Notes under the pieces: model-generated | The model's database searches: none | The model's input: only the letters and a program-made list of their open reading frames with translations | What the model was told of the DNA's origin: nothing | Source: Chitinivibrionales bacterium | Lineage (GTDB): Bacteria; Fibrobacterota; Chitinivibrionia; Chitinivibrionales; WJKA01 | DNA: 64,000 nt | Assembly: GCA_038247415.1 (NCBI GenBank) | Contig: JBBRUX010000006.1 | Location: forward strand, 1-64,000 | Reading direction: 5' to 3' | Part shown: positions 30,701 to 40,097 of the stretch, one piece after another | How positions within the stretch are numbered: position 1 is the stretch's first letter | Layout: each line of letters starts with the position of its first letter | Translations under genes and position numbers: made by a program

Positions 30701-30934
30701 GAATCCAAAAAGCATCGATAAGCTATCATAGGCAGATTCTATGTAGGAAATGCTTTTTTCAGGTAAGGGGCCGGCGTTTTCATGAAAATATAGCTGAAAA
30801 TGAGGCGTTTTTACTGTTTTCCAAACATGGCTGATATAATGAACTTTGTTTTGTCCAAAAGCCATGGCTATTGCAGGCAAGGATATTAAAATGAGGGAAA
30901 GCAAAAAAAGTGATTTTCTGTGAGCGTAGATCAT
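27782..30934 (-). CDS. Zinc peptidase - PD40 beta-propeller - Omp85 barrel fusion protein
   Basis: Signal peptide, FGQNKVHY, HELVH plus WFAEGLAE; FSPDGKKIAY/WAPDG/WSHDG repeats; PFRGW, EFRFP, LFADAGNAW, C-terminal FSLGGQF. Confidence 0.85.
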   Translation of the reverse strand: MIYAHRKSLFLLSLILISLPAIAMAFGQNKVHYISHVWKTVKTPHFQLYFHENAGPLPEKSISYIESAYDSLSMLFGFTHKTAIPLIIYTSPTNFEQTNIVSDLIPEGVGGFTESFKNRIVIPYDGSLESFRHVLHHELVHAFQYGIIAEQLGSTTRGMPLWFAEGLAEFLSSGWDKEADMFLLDRTIFGQVQPIGPTMNDYMVYKGGQSFFYYLYTTRGRKSFLVFLRYFRNEKNPTEALEKTYHQKLSQLSAEWIQSLKQNYWPEIGHRTALNQIAKPITDADKNHSHFNLYPRFSPDGKKIAYYTDDNDYTRIVIANRKGAIIQSIEQNSSGGYFEAFHPFRSGLAWAPDGHRIAFIAHNKGRDEIRIANLQRKQISKTIALNLDGIFSPDWSHDGAHLVFSGLKNGSLDLYRLTLSTLTLERLTTSLEAETDPRFAPGDSSIIFTMKDTAASVPSLDGTSEKPFSQLFILHLISNELVQLTHTPGNKKQPTFSGDGSKIVFVNDVNGIDNLYSAPRAHPDFAQPLTDIIGGCSQPDLSTTDSSLVVCIFQKQQWNIWLIDSLGSKLKSAPLDPTRWQLTRENTQRDYFTKRAIPPDTVKNSKEKFTPFPLSKAQEPVNYDSDSLGIFEKGDSAKTQGLDTARHQPDSLYTTRTRKDSFLQTTGSKRFPDSLYIARMATPYHLEFSPDMVTVGLGVGSLNGAAGQAVAIFSDMLGDHQIAIAANLQGRIDQYAHFFGSYYSLKHRVNFGIGGFFNRDYSLSFLTDQIFRDTYYGISFSGMYPFSQFMRIEANLNFNQLKRTPVDSQGKLAPTSLHFTMAMPSLQWTFDNTLWGLTGPLNGMRAQAKAMISPPLSIIDAPFISFDADFRKYFHFAKKFVWATKGSFGAANPLGTATHSARRYLLGGNENWLNFRANGKEYDANASNLVYSEFVVPFRGWNYLDITGTRFAVVNTEFRFPFIKEINVVWPFDFSIQYINGSLFADAGNAWDPSVSPSTFSLPNKIYGGVGFGMSINLGIFVLRYDHAWPTDFTTFAGKPVTYFSLGGQF

Positions 30935-31318
30935 ACAAAGTATCCTTAGTGATCAGTTTAGGATGTTACGAGAAATTGCCTTAGGATTCGTGAAACTAGG
31001 AATACGTCTGTGCCATAAAATCTGTATTAAAAGATTAAAATAGGCAAAGCATCACTTCTGGGCAAATTACTCAGAAGGTGATAACAGTGATTAAATGTAT
31101 CAGCCTAATTTATAGAGGGGTAGGTAACCGATCGCCTTTTTAAAAAATTATCAACATTTTAGGTATAAACTAAAAAATGTGCAGCCTTTTTTGATTTTTC
31201 TATATACATTTGAATGTAACTTGATGCTGACTGATGATTTGGGTCAGCATGATTTCTGTAGCATGTACGGTATAAATGCAAATTTGTTACATCAATTAAA
31301 AACTATTCCGTAGAAGAC

Positions 31319-31347
31319 TTGACACGCTATTCATAGAATAGTATTTT
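31319..31347 (+). promoter_or_regulatory. Putative sigma70 promoter with an internal palindrome
   Basis: TTGACA(31319)-17 bp-TATTTT(31342); spacer contains CTATTC-ATA-GAATAG. Confidence 0.45.
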
Positions 31348-31414
31348 GCAAAAGGGCAGTGCCCTATAATTTAGTTGGTAATTTAACCCCTTAATTAAAA
31401 AGTCGTGAAGAACT

Positions 31415-32972
31415 ATGATGCCATCCAAAAAAAACAAAGTATTGTTTGGTGTTTTGGCCCTCACTGTTTTGCTGAGCGCTTCAAATGCTCTCGCAGGCAA
31501 AAAGATTGTTGTGCCCCACGATTTCCCTACAATCTACTCAGCTATTGGTGAGGCTGATGAAGGGGATACCGTGTATGTTAGCAATGGGGTGTATCACGAG
31601 AATATAGCTCTCATCGACAATATCGTCCTCTTGGGCCAGGATATGCTTGGAACTATTATCGATGGCGATAGAAAAGGCCCTGTCATTATTGGCGCCGAAG
31701 GTGCTGTAATCAGTCATTTTACTATCCGCAATGGTACAACTGGAATCCTCTGCAAAGCTACCCGATCGACTATCGAGAATAACCTTATCGTCGATAATAA
31801 AGGTGCTGGTATACATGCACTGGTAACATTGCCCGATATCAGCAATAATATTATCTATCAAAAACGAGTGGACTGGTATTTTCCTAGAATCTGTTCGTGG
31901 AACCAAAACATCTATCGATCATAATGTCATTTTAGAAAATGGATATTGTGGAATTTTTTGTGCTCATCGCACAGAAGTTCTCATTCGCAATAATGTTCTT
32001 GAAGGAAATAAGCAATACGGTATATTTGTTGCTCCTCAATCTTCTAGAACTCGTATTATCTACAACAATTTTTGGGAAAATCGCAAGGCATGGGGCGGCG
32101 AGACAAAGCCAAACCAATCCAATATTTCTCAGGAACCTCTGTATATTTCTCCCGCTCACCCCGATTACAACTATTTTGTAAAGCCTGTTTCTGCACTCAA
32201 GGCCAAGGGTGAAAACGCTTCGGATATTGGCTTAATCACTCGTCAGCAAGTTGAAGCAATGGGTAACGATAAAGACGGTGATGGCATACCCGATGATGTG
32301 GATCAATGTCCCGAAGTTGCAGAAGATCGAGATAATTTCCAGGATGAAGACGGTTGCCCAGACTTTGATAATGATAATGATGGAATACCAGACAATCTTG
32401 ATAAATGTCCAAACGACGCCGAAGATCGCGATGGATTTCAAGATGATGACGGTTGTCCAGATGCCGACAACGATAAAGATAAAGTGTGCGATCCTTGGGT
32501 TTCACAGCAACGGCTCGATTCTAAATATGCTTCGATCTGTAAGGGATCCGATGCATGTGTAAATCAGCCTGAGACAAATAATGGGTACAAAGACGACGAT
32601 GGTTGCCCCGATGAGAAACCTCAGGAAATTAAAGCTAATATGATTCTTAAGGGTGTAAACTTTAAAACTGCAAGTGCAGAGCTCCTCGAAGAATCTTACT
32701 ACGTGCTCGAGCAAGTTTTTAATAGCCTCGAATCGTATCCAGAGGCAAAAATTGAGATTTCTGGTCATACCGATTCTCAAGGAAAAGCCGAAGATAACAG
32801 AAGGCTTTCTCTTGATCGCGCTAAGTCGGTTAAAGATTACTTGGTAATGCGTGGAATTAGTGCAGATCGTATTTCGGTAGCAGGTTATGGTCCAGATAAA
32901 CCTCTCGCTTCAAATAATACGGCAGAGGGTCGTGCAAAGAACAGACGTGTGGAAATTACACCCATCAAATAA
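31415..32972 (+). pseudogene. Beta-helix (NosD/pectin-lyase-like) - TSP3 repeats - OmpA C-terminal protein, split by a 1-nt frameshift (true mutation or sequencing error)
   Basis: ORFs 31415-31924 and 32259-32972 join into one ~518-aa reading frame if one A is removed from the A5 run at 31860-31864. The intervening frame is open and continues the beta-helix repeats (NEWTGIFL, HNVILENGYCGIF, NNVLEGNKQYGIF). OmpA motifs GHTDSQG, LSLDRAKSV, KNRRVEI. Confidence 0.8.
32268..32612 (+). repeat. Thrombospondin type-3-like Ca-binding coding repeats
   Basis: DKDGDGIPDDVDQCP, DNDNDGIPDNLDKCP, DEDGCPD, DDDGCPD. Confidence 0.85.
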
Positions 32973-32999
32973 CCTTTACATAAGAAGGTTGGTTTGTCT

Positions 33000-35429
33000 A
33001 TGAAAAAATATGTCGAATGCCTGAGAAATCAGCAACGGGCTTCATGGCTTTTGGTATTCGTTACCCTTGCAATGGGTACAGTATTTGGAGCATATGCTTA
33101 TTCAGGAGATGGGGGATACGATGCGCCGTATTTTCAGGCGGATTATATTCAAGATCTTTCCGAATACACATCTCCACTTGTTAACCCAGCTCTCATCTAT
33201 CGGGTTAACCAGATGCATCTCGAAGGCGGCGGTTATACATGGGGCACAGGCAACGGTTTGGGTTTTGCCCAACTCTCCTTTATTACACCTATCAAGAGAA
33301 ATCAGTCGGCTGGATTTACAGCATTGCTTGCGGGTGCTAAAATACAGGAAATGGGATTTACCGCAGGGGGAACTGATTTAGTTGCAACTGGCAGCGAGCT
33401 TCGTTTTGGCGACCAATGGCTGATCGGAAACTATGGTGTTAGATTATTGCCTTGGTTTATGGTTGGTGGTAATCTTAAATTGCGTTTGACAAATCAGTTT
33501 GGGGTAAATACTGCAGTAAGTATGCCGGGACTTGATGCTGGTGTGTATTTCAATCCATTGGACAATTATTTACTCGGGGATCTTGGATTTTCTATTACTC
33601 TTCAAGATTTTGTTCCTGCTAAAACAGAGTGGAAAAAAACAGGTGGGGTATCTACTAATATAGTTGCGACGCGTGCTCGATTTGGAAGCCGTTATAGCGT
33701 TTTTAACGACAAATTTATTGTTTATGCTGAAGGCGTTGTCGATAATGCGTTCACTGATATCTATAAGAATTTGATCAAGTCAGTTGAAACAGATTCTAAT
33801 GGGGCTGTAAAGATTAGTGAGGCTTCTGTGGAGGACATGAAAAAAGCCATTCGCTTTGGCGCTGGGCTTCGTTACATGTTTATTCCTCAACTTTGGCTCA
33901 AAGCTGGGTGGACTAATAATAATATTCCTTATGTTGGTGTCAAAGCTAATGGAATGTTTCCTCTGCCAGAAATGATCAATTATGTCACCGGTGATTTTAA
34001 TATCGGCTATAGCTTTTGGGAAGGCCTCTTTGGTATAAAAGATGAACGTGGACTTACGGTCATGGCCAAAGGCTCAGTCGATTTTGGGCCAACTCGTGAG
34101 CAACGGCTTTCGAAAGAATTGTATGACAAGCTAAGTGTTTCCCCTATGAATGCCTATATAGAGGCAATGAAACTATATGAAGCACAAAAATACTGGCTTG
34201 CTTCATTTGCTTTTGGTAAAGTTTTAGCTTTGTTTCCAAATTTTCATCTCAATGATAAAGTTACTTTTTACATGGGCGATTGCTATAGTAAATTGTACAT
34301 GAATAAAACAGCCCGCGAAATGTTTCAAGAGGGTCTCGAAAAGTTTACTACTTCAGAAACTCGAGCAAAATATCTATATGGCTTAATGCAGCTCGATTAT
34401 CGAGAAGGCAAGTATGATGATGCTCTCAAAAATCATGCTTTTATTGTTAACTTGTATCCCGACCATGAAATTCGAGGCGATGCCGATTATCTTGCTGGGG
34501 AAGTTCACTTTGCTCGCAAGAACTATGGTGCTGCAGAACAACTTTTTTCAAATATCAAGCCTAAGAGCCCTGCGTACCTTTACGGACAATATACTTTAGC
34601 AATCATTGATCTAGAAAATAAAAAACCAGAACTTGCAAAAGAAGCACTTAAAAAGGTTATTGCAGCAGATTCTGCCAATGCAACAAATTCTATTAGCCTT
34701 CTTTCGGATGCTGCTTACTTGAAATTAGGTCATATCTATTTCGAAGAAGTTCTGCTTACTAAAGCGGTAACCGAAGCGTACAAAAAAGTGAGCGCTGGAT
34801 CTGCTTATGGTGACGAAGCTTCCTTGGCTATTGCATGGTGCTTTGTCAAGGTCAGCCAGCCTTCTTTTGCTGAGCCAGTTCTCGATCAGCTGATTTCATC
34901 CTATCCAAAATCACCGTATATCCCAGAAGCGTATCTATTAAAAGGATATGCGAATATGCTCAACAAACGGTATGAATCTGCAAAATCATTGTTCGATCAG
35001 GCAGTTCAATTGAGCAAGGGTACTTTTGTAACAGAAGCTGATCTTGATGCAAAGCAAAAAGAGTATGTCGACGCCGAGAATATTTTTCAGCCTACAGCTG
35101 ATAATATCAAAAAGAATGCTTTAAGAAGACCTAATGCTAAAACCGAAGAAGAGCGTGGTGTCTTAAAGCAAGAATATGATAAATTCGAACGAGAGAATAC
35201 TGCCCTTTTCAATTATACCCTTTTGCAAAAATCTCATACCAAGTTTTTGAGACGCAAAGAACAAATTCTCATGGATGCAGAATTTGCTTTAGCAAAAGTT
35301 ACCGCAATCATTGGTTCTTCTGGAACTGGCAAAGCTGTAGAGGTCCAGAAAGACAAGATCCAGGATGTTGACAAAGAAATACTCGAGCTTCAAAAGCAAC
35401 TAGATAAAGAAAAACTCAAACAGAAGTAA
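33000..35429 (+). CDS. Outer-membrane beta-barrel-like domain fused to a TPR domain (GltC-like C-terminus)
   Basis: N-terminal hydrophobic leader; NPA motif and amphipathic strands (DAGVYF, LGFSITLQD, RFGAGLRY, LWLKAGW); TPR helices (YPKSPYIPEAYLLKG); coiled-coil end. Confidence 0.7.
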   Translation: MKKYVECLRNQQRASWLLVFVTLAMGTVFGAYAYSGDGGYDAPYFQADYIQDLSEYTSPLVNPALIYRVNQMHLEGGGYTWGTGNGLGFAQLSFITPIKRNQSAGFTALLAGAKIQEMGFTAGGTDLVATGSELRFGDQWLIGNYGVRLLPWFMVGGNLKLRLTNQFGVNTAVSMPGLDAGVYFNPLDNYLLGDLGFSITLQDFVPAKTEWKKTGGVSTNIVATRARFGSRYSVFNDKFIVYAEGVVDNAFTDIYKNLIKSVETDSNGAVKISEASVEDMKKAIRFGAGLRYMFIPQLWLKAGWTNNNIPYVGVKANGMFPLPEMINYVTGDFNIGYSFWEGLFGIKDERGLTVMAKGSVDFGPTREQRLSKELYDKLSVSPMNAYIEAMKLYEAQKYWLASFAFGKVLALFPNFHLNDKVTFYMGDCYSKLYMNKTAREMFQEGLEKFTTSETRAKYLYGLMQLDYREGKYDDALKNHAFIVNLYPDHEIRGDADYLAGEVHFARKNYGAAEQLFSNIKPKSPAYLYGQYTLAIIDLENKKPELAKEALKKVIAADSANATNSISLLSDAAYLKLGHIYFEEVLLTKAVTEAYKKVSAGSAYGDEASLAIAWCFVKVSQPSFAEPVLDQLISSYPKSPYIPEAYLLKGYANMLNKRYESAKSLFDQAVQLSKGTFVTEADLDAKQKEYVDAENIFQPTADNIKKNALRRPNAKTEEERGVLKQEYDKFERENTALFNYTLLQKSHTKFLRRKEQILMDAEFALAKVTAIIGSSGTGKAVEVQKDKIQDVDKEILELQKQLDKEKLKQK

Positions 35430-35435
35430 ATGTAT

Positions 35436-35470
35436 AAAAACAATCGGATTGTTTTCCGATTGTTTTTTTT
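35436..35470 (+). terminator. Intrinsic terminator or hairpin inside the envelope cluster
   Basis: AAAAACAATCGGA-TTGTTT-TCCGATTGTTTTT followed by more T. Confidence 0.6.
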
Positions 35471-35557
35471 AAAGTAATGGTTGCATTTTCCTTAAAGTTT
35501 AGTCATATTATCCTTAACCGGATAAATAACCAAATCCTCCAAGGGAGAGAAATCTTG

Positions 35558-38500
35558 ATGGTACTGAGATTACGTTCTTTTCCGCTACGTTGGCTCGTCC
35601 TTTCTATTGCTCTTATTTCTTTTGCTCCTTCTCTTGTTCTTGCAAAAGAAGATGACAGGAAAGCACAAGAACTGCAAAAAAAATTAGAGGAATTACGCGC
35701 TAAAAAATCTTCACTTGAGCAGCAGGTTTCTAAAAAATCTGAACAATCAAGTCTTTCGTCAGAATCACTCGCAGAAGTCATTGCTAAATACGAAAAGATT
35801 TATGCAGATTGTCAGACTAAAAAAAGCGAACGCTGTGCTGATGTGATGTTTTCTCTTGCTAAATATTATTATGACGATGCTCAAGATGGCTATATTAAAT
35901 CCACCGAAGTATATGAACAAGCAATGGATGTATGGGAAAAAGGCGGATCCAAAGGTACTCGACCTATTCGGCCGCTGCCTAATTTTTCAAAGTCAATTAC
36001 AATGTATCGTAAGGTTATAGCAGACTACCCGAGTTTTATCCGGGCCGATGAGGCAATGTATCAGGTTGGGGCTATCATGCTTCGTGCAGGCGAACTCGAT
36101 AGTGCTAAACTGGCTTTTACCTATATTGTCGATAAAACACCTAACAGCAAACGTGTTTCTGCTGCACATTTCCAATTAGCCGATTTTTCTTATTCCGATA
36201 GAGAGTGGAACATTACTCTAGATCATTTGATTAAGATCCAGAAAAATCTCGTAACTATCGAAGTGTGGGAACAGGTTGTCTATCGTAAAGCTGAGATGTA
36301 CTATAATTTGGCTCAATTCGATAAAGCTGCCGAACTGTTTAATGAATATGTCGAACGATGCGATGCTGGAGAATATGTCAAAAAGCAATTTCGAGATATG
36401 GCTTTGGAATTTATGGCGGTATCATTTTCCGATATCCCCCAAGGTGCAACAGAAGCAATCAAGTTTTTTAAGAAACTTGGTGGACGCCCCTATGAAGCTA
36501 CCGTTATTTACATGATTGGTCGCAAAAATAGAGTTCACGGTCAATTTGATGATGCAATTGTTGCTTTACAAACTGCATTAAAAAATTATCCTTATTACAA
36601 AGATGCTCCTATTGCTCAGTTTATGCTTGTTGAATGTATGATAGTTAAGAAAAAGCTTGAAGAAGCGAATATAGAACGTGAAAAATTAATCGATTTCTAT
36701 CAAGAAGGATCAGAATGGTTTTCTCGCAATAAAGCAGAGAAAGCAGTCATCGATCAATCGCATGAATATGTAAAGACTGCGCTTGCCAATATCTGTACTT
36801 ATAACCATGCTATTGCAGTTAAGAAAAAAGATAGAGTTCTTTTTGAAAAGGCACTTAAGCGATATAATGAGTTTTTCCAGAGATTTCCTGAAGACAAATG
36901 GAAAGTCTACGAATTTAAGTTTTATGTTGGTGATATTTTTACTGAGCTGCAGCAGTTCGATAATGCTGTTGCTGCTTACTGGTTTGTTGCTACCGAAGAT
37001 ATTAGCAAATACCCAGAGTATAAAGTTGATGTAGATAGCCTTATGTTTGATGATGCTAAGCAGTTCGAAGAAGCAAAACAACGTGCCCAAAAGGGCGGTG
37101 CAATGTCGGTATCTCAAGAAGATGCTGGCTATAATGCAATAATCTGTTTAGATAACGCACGCAAAAAGAGAATTTCTAAAGAAAGTCTTAACGACGAAAA
37201 AGGATATTTGTTGCCAGAAACCCAAAAAATGGTCGAATATGTTGGGTTATACCAGAAACGATTTCCTAAGAATGAGAATTCGCCCGAGCTTCTTTACATT
37301 GTTGGAAATATTCTTTATTCAGCAAAAGTTTATGACAAGGCTATTTCTCAATTCAAATATATTACCGAAAACTATTCAAGTGCCACAGTTTCCATCAAAG
37401 CATATCGAATGCTGGCAAAAACATATTCGGCTTCAGGGGAACACGATTTAGCTTCTGTAGAATATAAAAAGCTTCTCGAACGAACAGATGCAAATTCGAA
37501 AGAGTATGCCGAAATTGTTGATCTTGCAACTGCGGCTCTCTTTTCAAAAGCTGAAGCGCTTAAAAAAGCTTCAAATTATGCAGGCGCTGCTGAATTGTTC
37601 AAATCAGTTTTGGCATCATTTCCAACAAGTACCATAGCCGATCGAGGCTGGTTTGAGGCTGGTGTATGCTATGAAGAAGCAAAAAATTTAGAGCTCGCCG
37701 CTCAAACATTCGAAGAACTTGCGGTTAAGTTTCCAAAGTCTACCGTAAGAGAGCAATCTTACAAGCGTGCTGGGGATAATTACAAGACTCTTGAAAAGTG
37801 GGATAAAGCAGCTGAAACATATGCAAAAGGTGCTGTAAATATCAATAAAGCAGATTACTCAATACCTTCTTTGAGCGCAGCATCAGAATGCTATCAAAAG
37901 ACCAATAATTTTGAAAAAGCAGCTCAAATGTTCGAAATTGCTTTTAATCAATTTCCGACAGATGCTCGTTCCCCTCAAGCTTTGTATAATGCTGGTTTGA
38001 TTTACGAAAATAAAGCAAAAATGTATGATCGTGCCCAAAAGGCTTATGCGCAAGTTGCAGAAAAGTTCCCCACTTCTGAATATGCCGAAGATGCTAGCTT
38101 TTCTGTAGGACTGTGCCTGGAAAAATTAAATGCTTATGCAGATGCAGCTGTTGCATTTAGCGATTTTGCAAAAAAGTTCGCTAGCAAAGGTAAACAGGCC
38201 GAAGCGCTGGTAAAAGCGGGTTCCTGCTATATGAAAGCAGGAGCTCCAAAAGATGCCGAAACAAGTTTTTTAAGTGCAACAGCATTATACGAAAAGTTTA
38301 ATAAAAAAGGTGAGTATAATTTAGAAACTATAGCTCGTGCATACTTTGAACTTGGAGAAATGTCGCGAGCAAAATTTAAGGCTATTGCCTTAACAGGCGC
38401 AAATGAAAAGGCGATAAAAGAAAAAGAAAAAGAAAAAACTAAGGCTTTGGAACCTACCCTTACTGCCTATTCTAAAGCAATTGCATTAGGTGTGCCTTCG

Positions 38501-39211
38501 TATGTGTTTAGAACAACCTTCAAGATTGCACAATGCTTTGTCGATTTTGCAGATGCTCTTGCTAATCAAACATTTTTTGGATCACGCGATCAGAAAATGG
38601 CAGGCAAACTCATGACTATATCACAGCTTGACAAGTATTATGTTAAAGCTCAAGAAAAATATGGTTGGAATATTGACAAAGCTTACGATCAAGGTATTAC
38701 AGATCCTTATGTAGATTCTTCAAGTATTCTCTTTATGAAAATGGCATACCTGCAAGGTCATCTTTTTGAAGAATTTGGTGAGCTCGTAGCAAATGCTGCT
38801 ATTCCTTCTGGGCTCACAAAAGAAGAAGAGACAGCATATAAAGAACTCTTGGAAGAGAAAAAGCTTGAAGCTATGGATAAGGCGTTACCAAAATATGAGA
38901 ATGGTATTAGAGCTGCTCTTGAATTAGGAATTGTCAATGTTCCCTGGACTGATAGTATTAGAGCAAGAATTGCGGAAATTAATCCAAGTTCTGAGTGGGC
39001 GCAAAAAACAATTGTTGCGCGGCCGGCTAATCCAAATGCAAAGCCTTCAACTCCACCTGTAGGTCAAGGTGAAGGTGGATCTAGTGCAAAACAATCTGAT
39101 TCAAATGGTTCAATAGGAATTTCTGATAAGCCTTTAAATAATTCTGGTTCCGATTCTAAATCAGATTCAAAAGATGGCAAGAAAAAGAAGGGCTTTCTAT
39201 TCTGGAAATAA
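35558..39211 (+). CDS. Large exported TPR protein (GltD/AgmU-like)
   Basis: Signal peptide, coiled coil, 'SITMYRKVIADYPSFIRADEAMYQ', many BamD-type TPRs (FPTS, FPKS, PQALYNAG); ATG at 35558 after a purine-rich RBS. Confidence 0.75.
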   Translation: MVLRLRSFPLRWLVLSIALISFAPSLVLAKEDDRKAQELQKKLEELRAKKSSLEQQVSKKSEQSSLSSESLAEVIAKYEKIYADCQTKKSERCADVMFSLAKYYYDDAQDGYIKSTEVYEQAMDVWEKGGSKGTRPIRPLPNFSKSITMYRKVIADYPSFIRADEAMYQVGAIMLRAGELDSAKLAFTYIVDKTPNSKRVSAAHFQLADFSYSDREWNITLDHLIKIQKNLVTIEVWEQVVYRKAEMYYNLAQFDKAAELFNEYVERCDAGEYVKKQFRDMALEFMAVSFSDIPQGATEAIKFFKKLGGRPYEATVIYMIGRKNRVHGQFDDAIVALQTALKNYPYYKDAPIAQFMLVECMIVKKKLEEANIEREKLIDFYQEGSEWFSRNKAEKAVIDQSHEYVKTALANICTYNHAIAVKKKDRVLFEKALKRYNEFFQRFPEDKWKVYEFKFYVGDIFTELQQFDNAVAAYWFVATEDISKYPEYKVDVDSLMFDDAKQFEEAKQRAQKGGAMSVSQEDAGYNAIICLDNARKKRISKESLNDEKGYLLPETQKMVEYVGLYQKRFPKNENSPELLYIVGNILYSAKVYDKAISQFKYITENYSSATVSIKAYRMLAKTYSASGEHDLASVEYKKLLERTDANSKEYAEIVDLATAALFSKAEALKKASNYAGAAELFKSVLASFPTSTIADRGWFEAGVCYEEAKNLELAAQTFEELAVKFPKSTVREQSYKRAGDNYKTLEKWDKAAETYAKGAVNINKADYSIPSLSAASECYQKTNNFEKAAQMFEIAFNQFPTDARSPQALYNAGLIYENKAKMYDRAQKAYAQVAEKFPTSEYAEDASFSVGLCLEKLNAYADAAVAFSDFAKKFASKGKQAEALVKAGSCYMKAGAPKDAETSFLSATALYEKFNKKGEYNLETIARAYFELGEMSRAKFKAIALTGANEKAIKEKEKEKTKALEPTLTAYSKAIALGVPSYVFRTTFKIAQCFVDFADALANQTFFGSRDQKMAGKLMTISQLDKYYVKAQEKYGWNIDKAYDQGITDPYVDSSSILFMKMAYLQGHLFEEFGELVANAAIPSGLTKEEETAYKELLEEKKLEAMDKALPKYENGIRAALELGIVNVPWTDSIRARIAEINPSSEWAQKTIVARPANPNAKPSTPPVGQGEGGSSAKQSDSNGSIGISDKPLNNSGSDSKSDSKDGKKKKGFLFWK

Positions 39212-39363
39212 TGTTAGAAATTAGTCTCAAAACAACTGTGATTGTCGATTGAACTTGAGAGAGGAGGATTCTGGAGAACGATTCTTGATGAGCTTAGGCA
39301 TTAAGAGTAATAAGGGTATTTTGTAAACAAAGTTTTTCTTTCATAGCGAAAGGGGTTTTCAAT

Positions 39364-39990
39364 ATGCAGATGTTGAATTTTATTATGCTTGGTTTTAAGT
39401 CGTCCGCAGGTTGGATCATGTGGTGTATTCTTGCAGTTGGTTTTGCATCTCTTGGATTGCTTGTAGAAAGAGTGTGGTATCTCTATTTTCAAGCAGATCG
39501 TGGAACAAGTACCTTTATGCGAGGACTCTCTAAGTATTTAAAAGCTGGTGATTACGAAATGGCAACAAAGTATGCATCAAGCTTTAATACACCTTTGGCT
39601 AAAGGCGTTATGGGAATACTTCAAAATCGTTCTAAAGGCTCAAAGTCAATTAAAAAAGCTGTTGATGAAGTATTTTTGACCGAAGCACCAAAAATCAAGC
39701 GCTATATCCATCTCTTCAATATTTTTGCAAACCTTGCAACACTTGTTGGTTTGACTGGTACAATTTATGGTACTATGGAGTGTTTCGAAGCTATTGCTAA
39801 TGCTCCTGCTGCACAGCGTGCAACACAGCTTGCTGCTGGTATTGCTATTACCATGTCCGCAACACTCTTTGGACTTATTTGGGCTGTTATGAATATTTTT
39901 GCGTATGGTTTATTGTCTACTAAAGCTGATAAAATCATCGAAGATATGGACGAAAAGACTGCAAAGCTTATTAACGCTGTTGAAGAATAA
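39364..39990 (+). CDS. MotA/TolQ/ExbB proton-channel protein (AglR-like)
   Basis: Three TM segments; LVERV, ATLVGLTGTIYG, LAAGIA..MSATLFGL. Confidence 0.9.
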   Translation: MQMLNFIMLGFKSSAGWIMWCILAVGFASLGLLVERVWYLYFQADRGTSTFMRGLSKYLKAGDYEMATKYASSFNTPLAKGVMGILQNRSKGSKSIKKAVDEVFLTEAPKIKRYIHLFNIFANLATLVGLTGTIYGTMECFEAIANAPAAQRATQLAAGIAITMSATLFGLIWAVMNIFAYGLLSTKADKIIEDMDEKTAKLINAVEE

Positions 39991-40097
39991 AGAATGGTAG
40001 CTTTTTTATGAATTACACGCTAATGTGCATATCATAATTTTAAAGTGCCAGGCTTTCTAGGCGCATAGAGCAACATTTTAGTTTAAGGATTTTTACC

